The position numbers and the translations under genes are program-made. A stretch of 64,000 bases of DNA from the human T2T-CHM13v2.0 reference genome, Homo sapiens. The notes under the pieces were generated by a model. It did no database searches. It had not been told where the DNA came from and saw nothing but the letters and a program-made list of their open reading frames with translations. Below, one piece after another: positions 29,046-42,401 of the stretch (its first letter is position 1; every line of letters begins with the position of its first letter). Location: NCBI RefSeq assembly GCF_009914755.1, contig NC_060947.1. One strand, written 5' to 3'.

Positions 29046-29891
29046 AGAATGATATATTATCTTATTTAACATTAGTCATGTCAATCAGATTCTCTCAAGC
29101 ATTTAAACAGAAGATAGCAGGAGAGAATTTAATAGCAGTGAAATAAATGAAAGAGAGTCAGATAGAGGGAGGATGCAGGAACTCTTGAAGTTGAAGAATG
29201 GTAGGGAGAACTGATCATCCCAGTTCCCCTGACCCTGCCAGTTCTCCAGGTATGTTCCAGTCTAGGGACATGGATGTGGGAGCATTTGAGGGATCTCATG
29301 AGATTTGTGCCTGCATAATTGTCACATTTTCATCCAACAGAATTTAATGAATATAGAACCAAACTCATTGTATTGTCTTTTGTTTTTGTACAAGACATAG
29401 TTTTTAAAGGACATTTTCTTCTTCACTTGAACATGAAACATGGCATAAAAGCATGCAGGGTATTTGATTATTTCAGTAAACAGTATCCTCATTTTCTCAG
29501 ATCTCATCTTGCTCAAAATTCCTCAATAGCTCTCCATTGCCTATGAAATAAAACCTAACCTTATTAGCATGGACTAAACACACCTTGGATCTGGCTTCTG
29601 ACTCATCTGCCCCCATCCTTTCCCATTACATATTACATCCCAGCAGCAGTCATTAATAGTAATGCCCTCAAAATGCTATGCTCTCTCCTGTCCTTGCATC
29701 TTCACATATATCATTTCCCAAAATGACTTCCCTGATTTCCATACCTGGAAAACTCCTATTCATCCTTCAAATCGTAGCTCAAAGCCATCATACCCTATCA
29801 CCCCCAGACCAACTACCTCTCCTCTCCCCTATACTTTGAACACTTCTTATATGTCCATCAGCAGAGGGTCTCAACCTTGGCTACCTACCTT

Positions 29892-30372
29892 GTGAGATAG
29901 GAATAGCACTGGGCAGTTGCAGGAGGATGGAAAAACCCAGACAACAGCTAAATCAAGAACTAGGCAAAGAAATCACAGGATAACAGAAAACCCCAAATAG
30001 GGGAGAGAAAATGACAAAAATCTTGGTCAGGGTGACGTGTCCATGACTCTTCTGGGCAAACCAACATAAGGGAGAAAGGGGGCAGTAATGGGGAGTTGGG
30101 GCAGGGCTGAAATCCCCTTCTTTTCCAGAAAATCTAATGATTATTTTACCCCTTAATTTAAAAAAACCCCCAAAATTAGAAACCCATACTCCACTGTGGG
30201 CAACTCATTCTTATGAGCACGCCCACACTTCTCTCTTAAGTGTGTACCTTTGCTTTGCAATAAAGCTTCCTGTCTTTCACATCATTCCAACTTATCCCCA
30301 AATTCTTTCTTGTGACAGTGTCAAGAATCCAAAAAACTGGTTGGGGCTGGGGTCTCACTAGTGTCTCACAGT
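29892..30372 (+). mobile_element. ERV1 (MER4-group) solo LTR
   Basis: tgagataggaatagcac..gtgtacctttgctttgcaataaagctt..aattctttcttgtgacagtgtcaagaa; subfamily not resolved. Confidence 0.7.
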
Positions 30373-30904
30373 ATCTTTTAAAACTCCCCAAGTGATTTTA
30401 ATATTTGAATACTACCTTTTTTTCTTCCCCAAATTGAAGACTCCAGACAAGCTATGACCATGCTTTTAATCTCATATAAGCCTAGTGCCTAGCCCTATAT
30501 AGGAATAAATACATAGAGCTTGAGTGATAACTTCTCTCACAATATGTTTTCAGCACTTCTCTCACAATATTTTTTCGTCACTAATGAATTCTTTAGAAAA
30601 TAACTCCTGAGAGTAGCAAAAACTGCTTAATTCAAGTTGACCCATTTAAATATTTTTAATATTTCTACCAGCAAGTTTAGTTTATATCTCTAAATATATC
30701 CATCTTTGACGAACCATCTTCTATCACACTTAGAGAGGAAGGGAAGCTATCTCTCCAGAATTGCTATTTTTAAATGGTTTTGATATATCTTATTTATTTA
30801 GCACTATCAGGAAAAATAAGAAATATAATTAGCAAGTTAGCTGCTTTCAAAAGTAATCATTGCCTGAAATGGGGATAACATGGGTAAGTACCTAGTTGTG
30901 TACC

Positions 30905-31148
30905 TGGTCCATGCCGTCAACAAAAAGATTCAAACTCTTTTTGACTGTTCTATCAGTCTTAAGGGCTCTGTTTTAATGTTAATGCTGGTCAGCTGTGCCC
31001 AGATTCCAATGGGAGGAGGGTGTAATGAGGCATGTCCGACCCCTACTTCCCATCACGGCCTGAACTGGTTTTTTAGGTTAACTTTGGAATGCCCTTGGCC
31101 AAGGGGAGGGCCCATCAGTCTGTTGCATGGCTTGATTTTTGGTTTACA
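30905..31148 (-). mobile_element. MER4D/E-like LTR, internally deleted
   Basis: Reverse complement reads TGTAAACCAAAAAT..ggccaagggcattccaaagtt..gtcggacatgcctcatt..gctgaccagcattaacattaaaacagag. Confidence 0.8.
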
Positions 31149-32069
31149 ATGCTGTATGCTCAGTAATGGCAGCTGTTATCATTGTGTGCTTCCTCTTTCA
31201 GGAAGGGCTGCCTTCTTAAGTCACCTCACAGGAGGGCATCTGGAGATAACACTAAAAGAGGAAATAAGATGACTTGCCAGGCACTTTCTTTCATTTATGC
31301 ACAGTCCATGAGATTTCCTGACCTCTTTCATCACAAACAAAGAGGTGTGTGCAGCTTTAGAAATTTAATGGACATGCTACCCATGTCATAAAGAAGAAAC
31401 TGTTTCAGTTGTTTGTCTTTTCTTACTCCATTTGGCTACTGCTATATAGGGCCTGCTTTCCTAGACCCTTGTGTTTTCCTCAAATCTCTGATTCTACATT
31501 TACATGAAAAGCCTTTAGACTGATTGCTCTGAGATTAGCCAACTGTTTCCTAGGTTTGATCACACAATTCCACTCCTACACAATTCCTTCTCTCCTAGGT
31601 CTTGTGATTCCCCATCCCCAGCTGAGTCATTCAATTGCAATCACATTTAATTGTCTCCACCTGAGTGGCTTTTTCTTTGGGCCGCTTGCCTTTGTCAAGC
31701 AATTGGAGGCAACATTTATTTATGCACATAGCATTTCTAAGGATCCATGGTACCAAGTGACTCTTCCAGATGAAGTAAAGTGACAGCTCTCCACATGATA
31801 ATGACAGTGACATTTGAATTAGCTGCAAGTCTCCAGAAACAGGCATATTTCAATTTAATTTTTATCCAGCTCAAGATGAACTTAAAAAATTGTTTTCAAC
31901 CCTTGGTTTCATACTTTGGTTAATACCATGCATTAATTCAGTGAGGTTTTTGTTTTATAGTTATGAATTCAGTAGTGGATGCATAATTATGACCATAACT
32001 TTTCACTGACTAGGGCTTCAAAAATTGATAAAGGAGGCACAGAAGAACAGATCTTCTTGGCATAGACTA

Positions 32070-33655
32070 GCTAGTTGTTGAAAAAAACCCCTCTCCTCTG
32101 CCTCCTGGGCACCCAGCCAGGCTACATTTCCCAGCTGTCCTTGCAGTTAAGTGTGGTCATGTGACTGCATCCTGGTCAATGGAATGCCGACAGAAGTAAA
32201 ATGAGTGACTTTCAGGTCTAGCCCATTAAAAACCTCCAGGCACCATCCTCCATGTTCTTTCTTATTGGCTGCTGATAGCAGCAGGAGGCAGACAAATGCC
32301 TAGGCAGACAGGGGCAGGTCCCTAGTGAAACCCCACCTTCAAGCCTGTCTTTGGCTTGTTTAAAGCCTGAAGGCCAAGTTACAAGTCAAATCCACAGACC
32401 AGATTGAGAACCTGTCGTCCCATTTGGTGTGCTTTCCTTTGATTTATCCCCACCTTTCACCGATTTTACATATACCTACTCTTCCCTTATTGTTTTTACA
32501 CTGTGCCCACCTTTGATTGGTGCCTTTGTTTTAACTGTTTTTGCATACTCACACACCAACTGAATGTTGCCTTTTCCAATGCTACCTACGGCCTGCCCCT
32601 CCCCTATCCTGTGCCTATAAAAAATCCAGACTCAGCCACACTGGGGTAAGAGATGACCTGACTTTGAGGAAGAGATGATCTCACTTTGGGGGAAAGGTGA
32701 CCTGACTTTGGGGTAGAGGCCAACTGACTTCAGGGGAGAGATGACCTGATTTTGGGGGAGAGACGACCTGACTTCAGGGAAGAGACAACTCAATCTTCCC
32801 ATCCCCTCTCCACTGAGAGCTGTTTCGTCACTCAATAAAATTCTCTGCCCTCATCACCCTTCAACAGTCAGCATGACCTCATTCTTCTTGGATGCGGGAC
32901 AAGAGCTCTAGACCCACTGAATGTGGGTACCCAGAAAGGCTGTGGCACTGGCCCTCTGCCCTCACCAGTGGGGGGGCAGCGCCGCACAAAACAGAAGCAG
33001 TGGCAGGGCCAAACCAGTCCCAGAGCCATGCTGGTCCTGGAGCTGTGGGCCAGAGGGGGACAATAGGCTGACTAGCTGCTAACATACTGCAGTCCATCTG
33101 GCTGTGAACAGCAGAACAAAAAGAGCTAATTAGCACACTGTAACAGCCACTCTGGGGCTTTGGGGTCACAGGCACCCCTGCCTGGGTACCACCACATTCC
33201 CCTTGGGGCAACATGCCTGGTCTGGCGGCAGGCCCTGCATGGAACTTGCTTCTGTGTCGGCACTTGGAGTGGCCAGCTGGACCCCACACTCACTCACTCA
33301 TGTGTTCCCTCCCCCTAGGGGCTGAGGATGCAGTTGTGCAGCTGCAGGAGTTACAGGCCGGAATGCAAGCCAGATGTGGCCCGGTGGGCCGTGTAGAGGG
33401 TGTGCCCCCTGCTGCAAGTCTGGCAAAGGGGCTGTGAAAAATCCTGTGTCACCGTGACCTTGTAAGTCCTATGTTAAAAAATGCAAAGCCACAAGATGCA
33501 AGAAGCCTGGGTACCAAAATTATCGCTTGGAGGAATGTTACCCATCTATCAGGAATACCTCTTTTGGACCTTACATGAAAAGGAAATACACTTCTATTTT
33601 CTTAAGCCACTGAGATTTGGGGTTTATGTGTTATCGCATACTTTACCTTAACTGG
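32070..33655 (+). mobile_element. MLT1J/I-like LTR split by an LTR27/28-like insertion
   Basis: ctacatttcccagc..gtgtggtcatgtgact (32070-32272) continues as gccacaagatgcaagaagcctggg..taagccactgagatttgggg (33452-33655). Confidence 0.7.
32273..33451 (+). mobile_element. ERV1 solo LTR (LTR27/LTR28-like) with an internal ~22-bp tandem repeat
   Basis: TGATAGCAGCAGGAGGCAGACAAATGCCTAGGCAGA..TATAAAA..AATAAA..aaaaatcctgtgtCA; agagatgacctgactttgggg repeated about 7 times at 32640-32790. Confidence 0.8.
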
Positions 33656-34684
33656 TAAAGATAAATGCTGTACGTCTTAAAATAAAGTACTATTTTTCTC
33701 CTAATAACAGGGATATTTTCATTGTTTACTATTTGGAAAATACTCCATACTAGGTGTTAATGTCATCTGAAATATGTTTTTAGGAATAACTCTTTGGAAA
33801 ATAACTTTGCTAGTCATAACTTTCTTTCTTTTTCCTGAAAGTGGAAGGTAAAGGAGGAGGAAAAAACCTCAATCGAGATGCATTATTCTAGTTAAAGTTC
33901 TAGCAATGACTCAGGTTATTCTAATAACTAAATTAACTCAGCGAATCAAGCAATTTTGGAAATTGCAACTTTCTCAGGGCTCCAAGCCATGATACACTCA
34001 ATGTTTCAACAACAGTATTTCTACTTTACTACTAGGACACAACTTGGGCTTTGGTAGAAATTTTCTCAACATATTTCAGTACATACGGAACATTTTAAAT
34101 TATTTCTTATGTAATATTTCTAGCACTTTGACCAATTTATTTGTGATCAGGGCAATCTGGATATGAATACATTACAAACTACTATGAATAAAAGTCTGTT
34201 TGTTTTATGTATGATTATATAGAATTAACTAGCTGGTGTTCATCAGACATCAGCTAAGATCACCCCCACCCACCTCTTTGTAATTGACCTGAAACTGACT
34301 TGAATTCCCGAAACTTGATTAACTCAATTTCCTCAAATATCCCAAGCATTTTCACATGAGAGTACAATTTAGTGAATGAACATTTGGAATGACAAGGGAA
34401 GAGGAAGTATAAATCTCTATACTAAAAAGCAATCATTTAAAATATGATTATTATGTATTCATATATTAAAGAAAGGACTCTGACCTTCATCTCTTCTCCT
34501 ATTTCAGCTTTCAATTCCAGTTCATGTTACATACAAAGAATTTGAACTATTTCCTTGTTTCACTATCTCCTTTCAGATCATGTCCTCAGAGTTTCATTCT
34601 CTACACCTAAAGCACTCAATCAATGTAATCCTAAGTAAAGCTGCTCCAAAGGCTCGGGTGACATCTGTTAAAATAACTACCCTT

Positions 34685-34688
<4 letters not shown>

Positions 34689-34731
<43 letters not shown>

Positions 34732-34747
34732 CGCGCGCGCGCGCGCA
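34689..34747. repeat. Compound (CA)n-(CG)n microsatellite
   Basis: About 19 CA units followed by (CG)7, seen directly. Confidence 0.95.
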
Positions 34748-34827
34748 GTATCCTCGGTTTATGGTTCTTGGTGATTCTGAAACAGTGAGAGAAATAATGA
34801 ATTTTGAACATAAGATGTAATTAAAAA

Positions 34828-35005
34828 TAGTGCTTCTTAGAATTAACATACACATTACACACGTTACCTGTGAATTGTGAATCTTATTAAAATGCAGATT
34901 CTGAGTCCATAGTCCATTCTGGGGTGAGATCTGAGATTCTACATTTCTAACAAGCTTCCAGTTGATGCTAATGCTACCAGCACTTGGGCCACAGTTTGAG
35001 TACCT
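34828..35005. mobile_element. MER5A
   Basis: aatcttattaaaatgcagattctgag..ctgagattctacatttctaacaagct..ccacagtttgagta. Confidence 0.8.
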
Positions 35006-35031
35006 AGATTGTAGAACATTCAAATATTCAT

Positions 35032-35980
35032 TGTAGGGTAGAAAAAAATTCTCACCCATTGTAAGGGTCATGGCTGTGGCATCTATAATACAAGACAGAT
35101 TAATGAGAGAAAACCATACAAATCTGTTTAATATAAATTTTACACGACATGGGAGTCTTCAGAAATGAATACTCAAAGAAACAGGGCAAACTTTTTATAG
35201 ATAGTTGTGCATAAGTATTATTGGGGGACAAAAGGGTACGATCTTGTAAAATTAAATCATTCAGACTTAAAGCTGTTGGAACTTTAAATTATTTTGAGCT
35301 TTGAGAGGAATGTGACTATGTGGCATGAGTCATGTAGCATGCAGCTGCAACTTCTACTTTTTCCTGCAAATCATTAGGAAAGGCCTTGTGGCACCAGAGA
35401 TAAGACCCCCTTCAGATCATCACCCCTCCTCACAGAATGCTAAAGCAACCTACCTTGGAATGTAGCAAACTATAACCAACCAAACTGCTATACCATATAT
35501 ATTGACCTTGTATGGAAAATGTTGCAACTCTGTTAACTGCCTATATAAGTGAAACCTTAACTTTCCCACTTTGGAACGCTGACCCATTCTTTTATAGTCA
35601 GTGTTTCTGGGTGTCCATCCTCAAGCTTTGCACTCAAATAAACTCGAATAAGCACAGTTGATTATATTTTCTGAGTCATATTATTTAAGGTTGACAGTCT
35701 AATGGTAATAAACTAGAGGGAACTTAGCAAGGCATGTTTGTTCAGATTCTTTTTTGTGTTCCTTTGCCTTCAGAGATAGGGACATTCCTTTCCTCAGGTA
35801 TAGAAAGGACACCTCTGGAATGAAGGTTTTATGGCCTACTTTAGAGGAAGGTCAGATAATTCTTTTATGGCCTGCTTCAGGGGAGAACGGTGAAAGAAAG
35901 CCAAGAGAAACCTTCCTGCTTCTGCTATTATTTCAAATGCCAAGGTGCCATTTTTGGGGGTAGCATATCCTGAACCCCGT
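35032..35980 (-). mobile_element. MER34/MER39-like ERV1 LTR hosting a nested LTR
   Basis: Reverse complement starts ggggttcaggatatgctacccccaaaaatggcaccttggcatttg..gcagaagcaggaagg..cccctgaagcaggccataaaa. Confidence 0.7.
35245..35696 (+). mobile_element. Nested ERV1 solo LTR (LTR23/LTR24-like)
   Basis: TGTAAAATTAAAT..aagctgttggaactttaaattattttgagc..aataaa..tttaaggttgaCA; near-perfect 4-bp TSD atct/gtct. Confidence 0.75.
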
Positions 35981-35994
35981 AACTATCCATTTAC

Positions 35995-36312
35995 TGGTAT
36001 TGTTCTGGTCACCTAAGAATCACGTGGAGAAGAAGAGTGATTAGACATACAGCCAACTGGACCCTCTTCCTTGGAAGTTCTGATTAGGTACACCTTTTAG
36101 AAAACTCTTTGGATGAACCTAACGTTGGGAACCTCTGATTAAGGCTTCTGCTCCTCAAAGTGGGGTCCTCAAACAAGCCGGACTAGCAGCCTTCAGGAGC
36201 TTCATAGATATGTAGAATCTTGGGTCTTAACCCAGCCTTACTGAATAAGAATTTACATTTTAACAAGAATCTCCGTTGATTTGTATGTACATTGAAATTT
36301 GAGAAGCGCTAC
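35995..36312. mobile_element. Two adjacent MER5-family MITEs
   Basis: agaatcacgtggag..ttctgattaggt..gttgggaacctctg; then ctcaaagtggggtcc..tacattttaacaagaatctcc..tttgagaagcgct. Confidence 0.65.
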
Positions 36313-36575
36313 TCTAGAATATCATAACAATACAGTGGAAAGAGAGAACTGGGGATATTTTAAGTGCAAAACATTAACATCATCATAGCCAACACTCACT
36401 GGAGAGTCAGAAAGTACGTTATATTAGTATGCTGTTTTACAATTCAAATTGTTTTCAGACATGTTTTTCTTATTCAATTTAATCAGTATCTCTCAATATC
36501 CTTCTGGGAGACAGGTATTATTCTCCTACTTTTATAAATAAATCTTGGTTTATTACTGAGGTTAGAAACTAAGTT

Positions 36576-36930
<355 letters not shown>

Positions 36931-37259
36931 TAAAAGCTAACATTTACTATCAAGGGAAGAATCCTTAAAACGGAACTTGAATCTTACTCAAAATAGTCTC
37001 TCGGTCAATCAGTTAGTATATGTTTATGTGAAGAGGAAATTTACTTGCTCATCCTGAACTTATTTAATGATGTTAAGCCTACTAAGTTGTAAATTAAGCA
37101 AGTTTGGAAATGGAAGCTGACATGCATTTGAGGCTAGATATATTGTTATAGTTTTTGTGATACAAATATATTTTTCATGCAGTTATATACAAAGCTTTAT
37201 ATTCAGTGCCATGTTTCTTCAGACAACTGTTGAGGCTTACTGTCAGCTGCACTATTCTT

Positions 37260-37687
37260 CACTTACTCAAAAAACATTTCTTAAATACCAACTATGAACT
37301 GTCTAGGTTTTGGAGGTACAATATTGAGTGAGAAACAGTTTTGACAATTGAGGAGTTTATAGGCCTAGACAGAGGACGACTAACTGCTGTGAGGAAGGGG
37401 ATAGGAGAATCTTCAAAGACAAGGTTATATCTCCTAGAGGTCTGAAAAGACCAACTGAGAGCGTGACAGGAATAAACGAAGGAAGGGCATCCCAAATTGA
37501 GGGAATAACAGGGTCTGAGACATAAGGTTCTGAATGAACTTGAAATGTTTGGGGAGTGATGATTCATTTTGACCAGAGTTTCGGGGAAAAGGGGGGTGCC
37601 TGGATTAGGAGGATGAGGAGGTAGCTTGGGGACAAACTATGGAGCCTTGGATGATATTCTATAGATCCTGAACATTTACTTTCTGTA

Positions 37688-37729
<42 letters not shown>

Positions 37730-38140
37730 GAGATCAACAAACAGATAATAATAGATAAGAGATTTTAAGCAGGGCAAGGAGTGACCTCATTAGGTTTAGG
37801 TTCAGGGTAAATAATTCTAGGCATAGCATGGAGGATGGCCTAGAATAGACAGAATATTCTGAAAGTACAGACGCTGGTTTGGAGGCTGTTGTTTAAGTGT
37901 TTAAGTAGAGGAGGTGCCTGATTTGGGAGATGTTTCTGAGACAGAATCAGGACTTGTTGCTTACTTGGGTGTGGGGAAAAGGAGAAGTTAAAAATACCTG
38001 ATATTTTTATCTGGGGACTCTGGGCAGATGATGATACCACTAGCTGAGAGAGGACATTTAGAAAAAGAGCAAGGTGGGATGAAGCTAAAAAGGTTGGTCC
38101 TTAACATATTGTCATAAAAGTGCCCGTGAAGTAGACAGGG
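37260..38140 (-). mobile_element. L2 fragment with (TA)n at 37686-37724
   Basis: aacatttcttaaatacc..gattttaagcagggc..gacagaatcaggacttg..ggttggtccttaacatattg. Confidence 0.7.
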
Positions 38141-38214
38141 ACAACAGGAACCAAAGAAGCTATGGTTTTCAGTCTCAAAATGTCTCCTTATTAATGGTCC
38201 TATTAATTGCAAAT

Positions 38215-38500
38215 GGGGAAAAGGTACCTTTACAGTGGACAAATCTGGAGGACACCACCTTAACCAAATGATTCATCAATACCAAAGTGATGTTGTGTGC
38301 CTCCTGATACAATACGCTGATAAGGACACAACTTCACTTATAAAGTTCTCCTACCAAAAATTCATAACCTGATTCTAATCAAGAGAAAACATCAGACAAC
38401 CCCAAATGGAAGTACCTGGCACAAAACAACTGTCCTGTATTATTCAAAACTGTCTAATAGGACACGGCACTGAAATGCAGTGGGTCCTGGACTGTGGGGC
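38215..38500 (+). mobile_element. L1MC-type 3' UTR fragment (continues at about 40480-40805)
   Basis: tttacagtggacaaatctggaggacaccaccttaaccaa..cataacctgattctaatcaagagaaaacatcagacaacccc. Confidence 0.7.
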
Positions 38501-38830
38501 GTGGTGGTGAACTGAGGCGCTCCTCTTGCAGCCCACTGTCACCTCGTCAGCTCCATAGGCTGCAGAGTCCGGCCATGTCCTCGTGCCACAGGCCGCCCTG
38601 CACCCCCCCGCGCCCCCCCGCGCCCCCCCGCCACTTTCTGCGCCTGCGTGCATTTCAAGTGCTTGCGTGACATCCCCCCGCACCCCCCCCGCCACTTTCT
38701 GCGCCTGCGTGCATTTCAAGTGCTTGCGTGACATCCGGGCACTGCATGACTGGAGCGTCTGGCTCGCGGAGATCAACATGGCAGTTTTCCTGTGCACCCG
38801 CATAAAACCGTCCGCCTACTCAGATGTGGC
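38495..38830. promoter_or_regulatory. Small CpG-rich promoter-like element with a 61-bp tandem duplication
   Basis: Dense CpGs; GC boxes (cccccccgcc); NRF1-like TGCGCCTGCG twice (38639, 38700); CGTGACATC twice; YY1-like AACATGGC near 38775. Confidence 0.55.
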
Positions 38831-38953
38831 TGAGGGAGTGGACTGCTGCTGGTCATCTCTATCAGAGGTATCTGAAAGCTCCCTATCTGAAGAAACATGG
38901 TTGGTAGCTTCAACCCTCACCCAACTCTATAAAATAAGAAGCCTCAAAAACTT

Positions 38954-39260
38954 GGCCGGGCGTGGTTCCTCACGCCGGTAATCCCGGCACTTGGGGAGGT
39001 TGAGGTGGGCAGATGGCTTGAGCCCAGGAGCTCAAGACCAGCCTGGGCAACATGGTGAAACCCCATCTCTACAAAAAATACAAAAATTAGACAGGCGTGG
39101 TGGTGTGTGCCTATAGTCCCAGCTACTGGGGAAGCCGAGATGGGAGGGCCACTTAAGCCCAGGAGGCAGAGGCCGCAGTGAGCCAAGATGGCGCTGATGC
39201 TCTACTTCAGCCTGGGAGACAGAGCGAGACTCCATCTCAAAAAAAAAAAAAAAAAAAAAA
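38954..39260 (+). mobile_element. Alu, full length, CpG-retaining
   Basis: ggccgggcgtgg..cacgccggtaatcccggcac..gagcgagactccatctcaaaa. Confidence 0.95.
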
Positions 39261-39439
39261 ACGAAACAGAAACCTTTCTGTCACTTGAACGCATTTAGTT
39301 TACATCGTACATTAGAAAGGAGGGCAAGGTAGGTGCCAGTCACAGTATTAACTGCTCCAGCTTTTGGCAGGAGATGAACTATACTAGGAAGTTTCAAACT
39401 CAAAAGTATGCCACATTTTTCGTCAGACCTATGTAGTCT

Positions 39440-40420
39440 GAGAGCCTAAGAGAAAGCATATGAGACAGACACTAGAGATCCAATATATGGATTACCGACA
39501 TGTTGAAAAGAAAACTGGAATAAAGGGAAAATAAGAAATATTTGAAGAAGAGAATAAAGTTTTCTTGAGCTCGAGAAAAATGTTTCATCTTCAGATGAAA
39601 AGGCCCTGTCATGGTCAAAGCAAAATTGACAAAAATTGCCCGGTACCTGAGTGGGAACAATAACGTTTTAAATTTGAAAGGAAAAGAATGCCATAGATTT
39701 CCAGAAAAAAGGAAAGATTATCCACAAAGTACATAATCAGACTTTGCCTGAGTGTCACATGATACAGGATATACGAAGCAACATATATATATTTTGAAAG
39801 AGACGGCTGTGTGTAATTCTATATCAAGTCACATGTGAAAGCCACAGAAATAATTCTTGCTTATATATGGGCTCTGAAAAAATTTATTCACAGATGTACT
39901 ATACATGACCAAAAGATTAATCAAAATAAAGACTTTCTTTTCTTTTTTTTCTTTTTTTTTTTTTCTTTTTTTGAGATTGAATCTTGTTTTGTTGCCCAGG
40001 CTGGGGTACCGTGGTGCCATCTCGGCTCACTGCAACCTCTGCTTCCCTGGTTCAGGTGATCCTCCCTCCTCACCCTCCTAAGTAGCTGGGATTACAGGCG
40101 TGCACCACCACACCTGGCTAGTTTTTTTGTATTTTTAATAGAGATTGGGTTTCACCATGTTGGCCAGGCTGGTCTCGAACTCCTGACCTCAAGTGATCCG
40201 CCCTCCTCAGACTCTCGAAGTGTTAGGATTACAGGTGTGAGCCACTGCAGCTGGCAAAATAAAGACTTTGGAAGTAGAAGTATGTGGTACAAGTCCTGGT
40301 GGTGAGTGTAAAATTCAATTAAATTAGGACATCTGAATAATTACTGTAAATATGGTTTAAAAGCCCTGCAAATGTTAAAAATAATTTGAATATTAATCTA
40401 TTTCATTTTTTAAAAATACT
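39440..40420 (+). mobile_element. HAL1 / ancient L1 ORF1-like relic
   Basis: agatccaatat..aaatatttgaagaa..ttttcttgagct..tcttcagatgaaaaggccc..aatcagact resembles decayed L1 ORF1. Confidence 0.5.
39937..40254 (-). mobile_element. Alu (AluS-like)
   Basis: TSD caaaataaagacttt at 39922-39936 and 40255-40269. Confidence 0.95.
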
Positions 40421-41544
40421 TTTTAATAAAAATAATTTAGTTCCCTTAAAAATTGTTGAGATTCATTAAAATAAATATGCTAGATAATAGTAATATTTAT
40501 ATCACTATTAAATTTTCTAAATTTGAGAATTGCACTGTGGTTACATTAGAGAATGGCATTGTTCTTAGAAAATACTGAAGTACCACTGGGGAAAGGGACA
40601 CACCCATATACTGTATACATATATATACATATATACATACAGATATACACATTTACCCATATGTGTATATATATATGAGAGAGAGAGCAAATGTGGCAAA
40701 ACATTAATAACTGGTGAAGCTGGATAAAGGGCATATGGGAGTTCTTTGTACTGTTCTTGCACATCTACACATTTGAAATGATTTCAAAATACAAGTTTAA
40801 AAAATTTTAAACTTTACAATTTTTAAAATATAGAGTCAAGACGTTATTAATATTCTGGTATGAGCCATTTTCATGCAGTGGTTGGGGCAGAAGCCAGTTT
40901 GATTGAGTTTGTCGAGTAAGAAATGAGAACGTAGAGAAAATAGGACATGACTCTTGGACCCCTGGGTGGAGTGGCTTCTGAAATACAAATATTTCACCTA
41001 CTTTCACATTAGGTTTTCATAGTTTGAATTTTCTGAGGCAGATCACATTTATATGCAAACTCAATTATGGAAGTACCCCTATATATTCATTCTATGCTAT
41101 AATGTAACAGGGCATAAATTCTTCAGGGCTGCCATCATTTTAAACTAGAAAGAGCGGTAGCATCCATGTGAGGAGAGAGAAGTACCAGCATCCCAAAGCT
41201 GCTCTTTGTTGCTGGTAATCACAATGCTGCATTCTCTCCAGTCCCTTCCCTTGGAAAGTATTTAGTTCCTGCAAGTCTAGGCAGGATTCTTGGGTCGAGA
41301 CAAAAGTGACTGTTTTATTGGCTCTGGCTCTCAGTGGCTACCTCATTATACTCTTTACTTATGAAACTGAACGGAAATGATTGTGTAAACACATTACCTG
41401 TTATTACCGATAATCACACCCACCATGGCTGCTTCTTGGCTGCCCAGCTAAATGTTAAATTACTTGCTATGTCAGGGAGGGGAGAAAACCGGACCCAAAG
41501 AAAAACACGGGGAAGAGATAGGCTGTCAAGATAAAAATGTTTGG

Positions 41545-41845
41545 TGGGGCAGGGGAAAGTGGAAGATCTGGTCAAACGTTACAAAGTTGCAATGATGTAG
41601 GATGAATAAATCTAGAGATCTAATGTACAAATTGAAGACTGTAGTTAATAATATTGTATTGTATACTGGAAATTTGCTCAGAGAGTAGGTTTTTGATACT
41701 TTTACCACAGAAAAAAGACGGAAGGAAGGATAACCATGTGAGATGAGATGATGGATATGTCAATTTGCTTGGCTATAATAATCACTTCATTGTGTAGATG
41801 TATATCAAAACATGTTGTATACCTTAAATATATACAATTTAAAAA
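41545..41845 (+). mobile_element. L1MA/L1MB 3' end
   Basis: ggtcaaacgttacaaagttgca..tctagagatctaatgtac..atatcaaaacatgttgtataccttaaatatatacaa. Confidence 0.85.
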
Positions 41846-42185
41846 GGAACCTTTATGGGAACTTTAATTTGTGATTAAAGTGCTTTTAAAATATATGAGG
41901 GACATTTAAAATTACATATGTAATTCCAATATCTCAGCAACATTATGATTTTCATTTGTTTGGAGTTCCTTTATTCATATGAACATATTGTTTCTAAGTT
42001 GATGAGGCACTATATATTTTATGCATTTATATATGTTAAACATTATGCTACATTATTTTAGAAACACTTTCTCTTGATTTTATATTTGTATCATAAAAGT
42101 TTTAATAGCTGTGTTACGTCTCATTGTATTTATACATTATATATATATACTTTAATCATTTCCTTATTATTGGATGTCAATGCTG

Positions 42186-42401
<216 letters not shown>

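Noticed and set aside
38444-38981. Overlapping 119-aa and 132-aa ORFs
   Set aside because: They are explained by GC richness and the 61-bp duplication, and show no recognisable protein.
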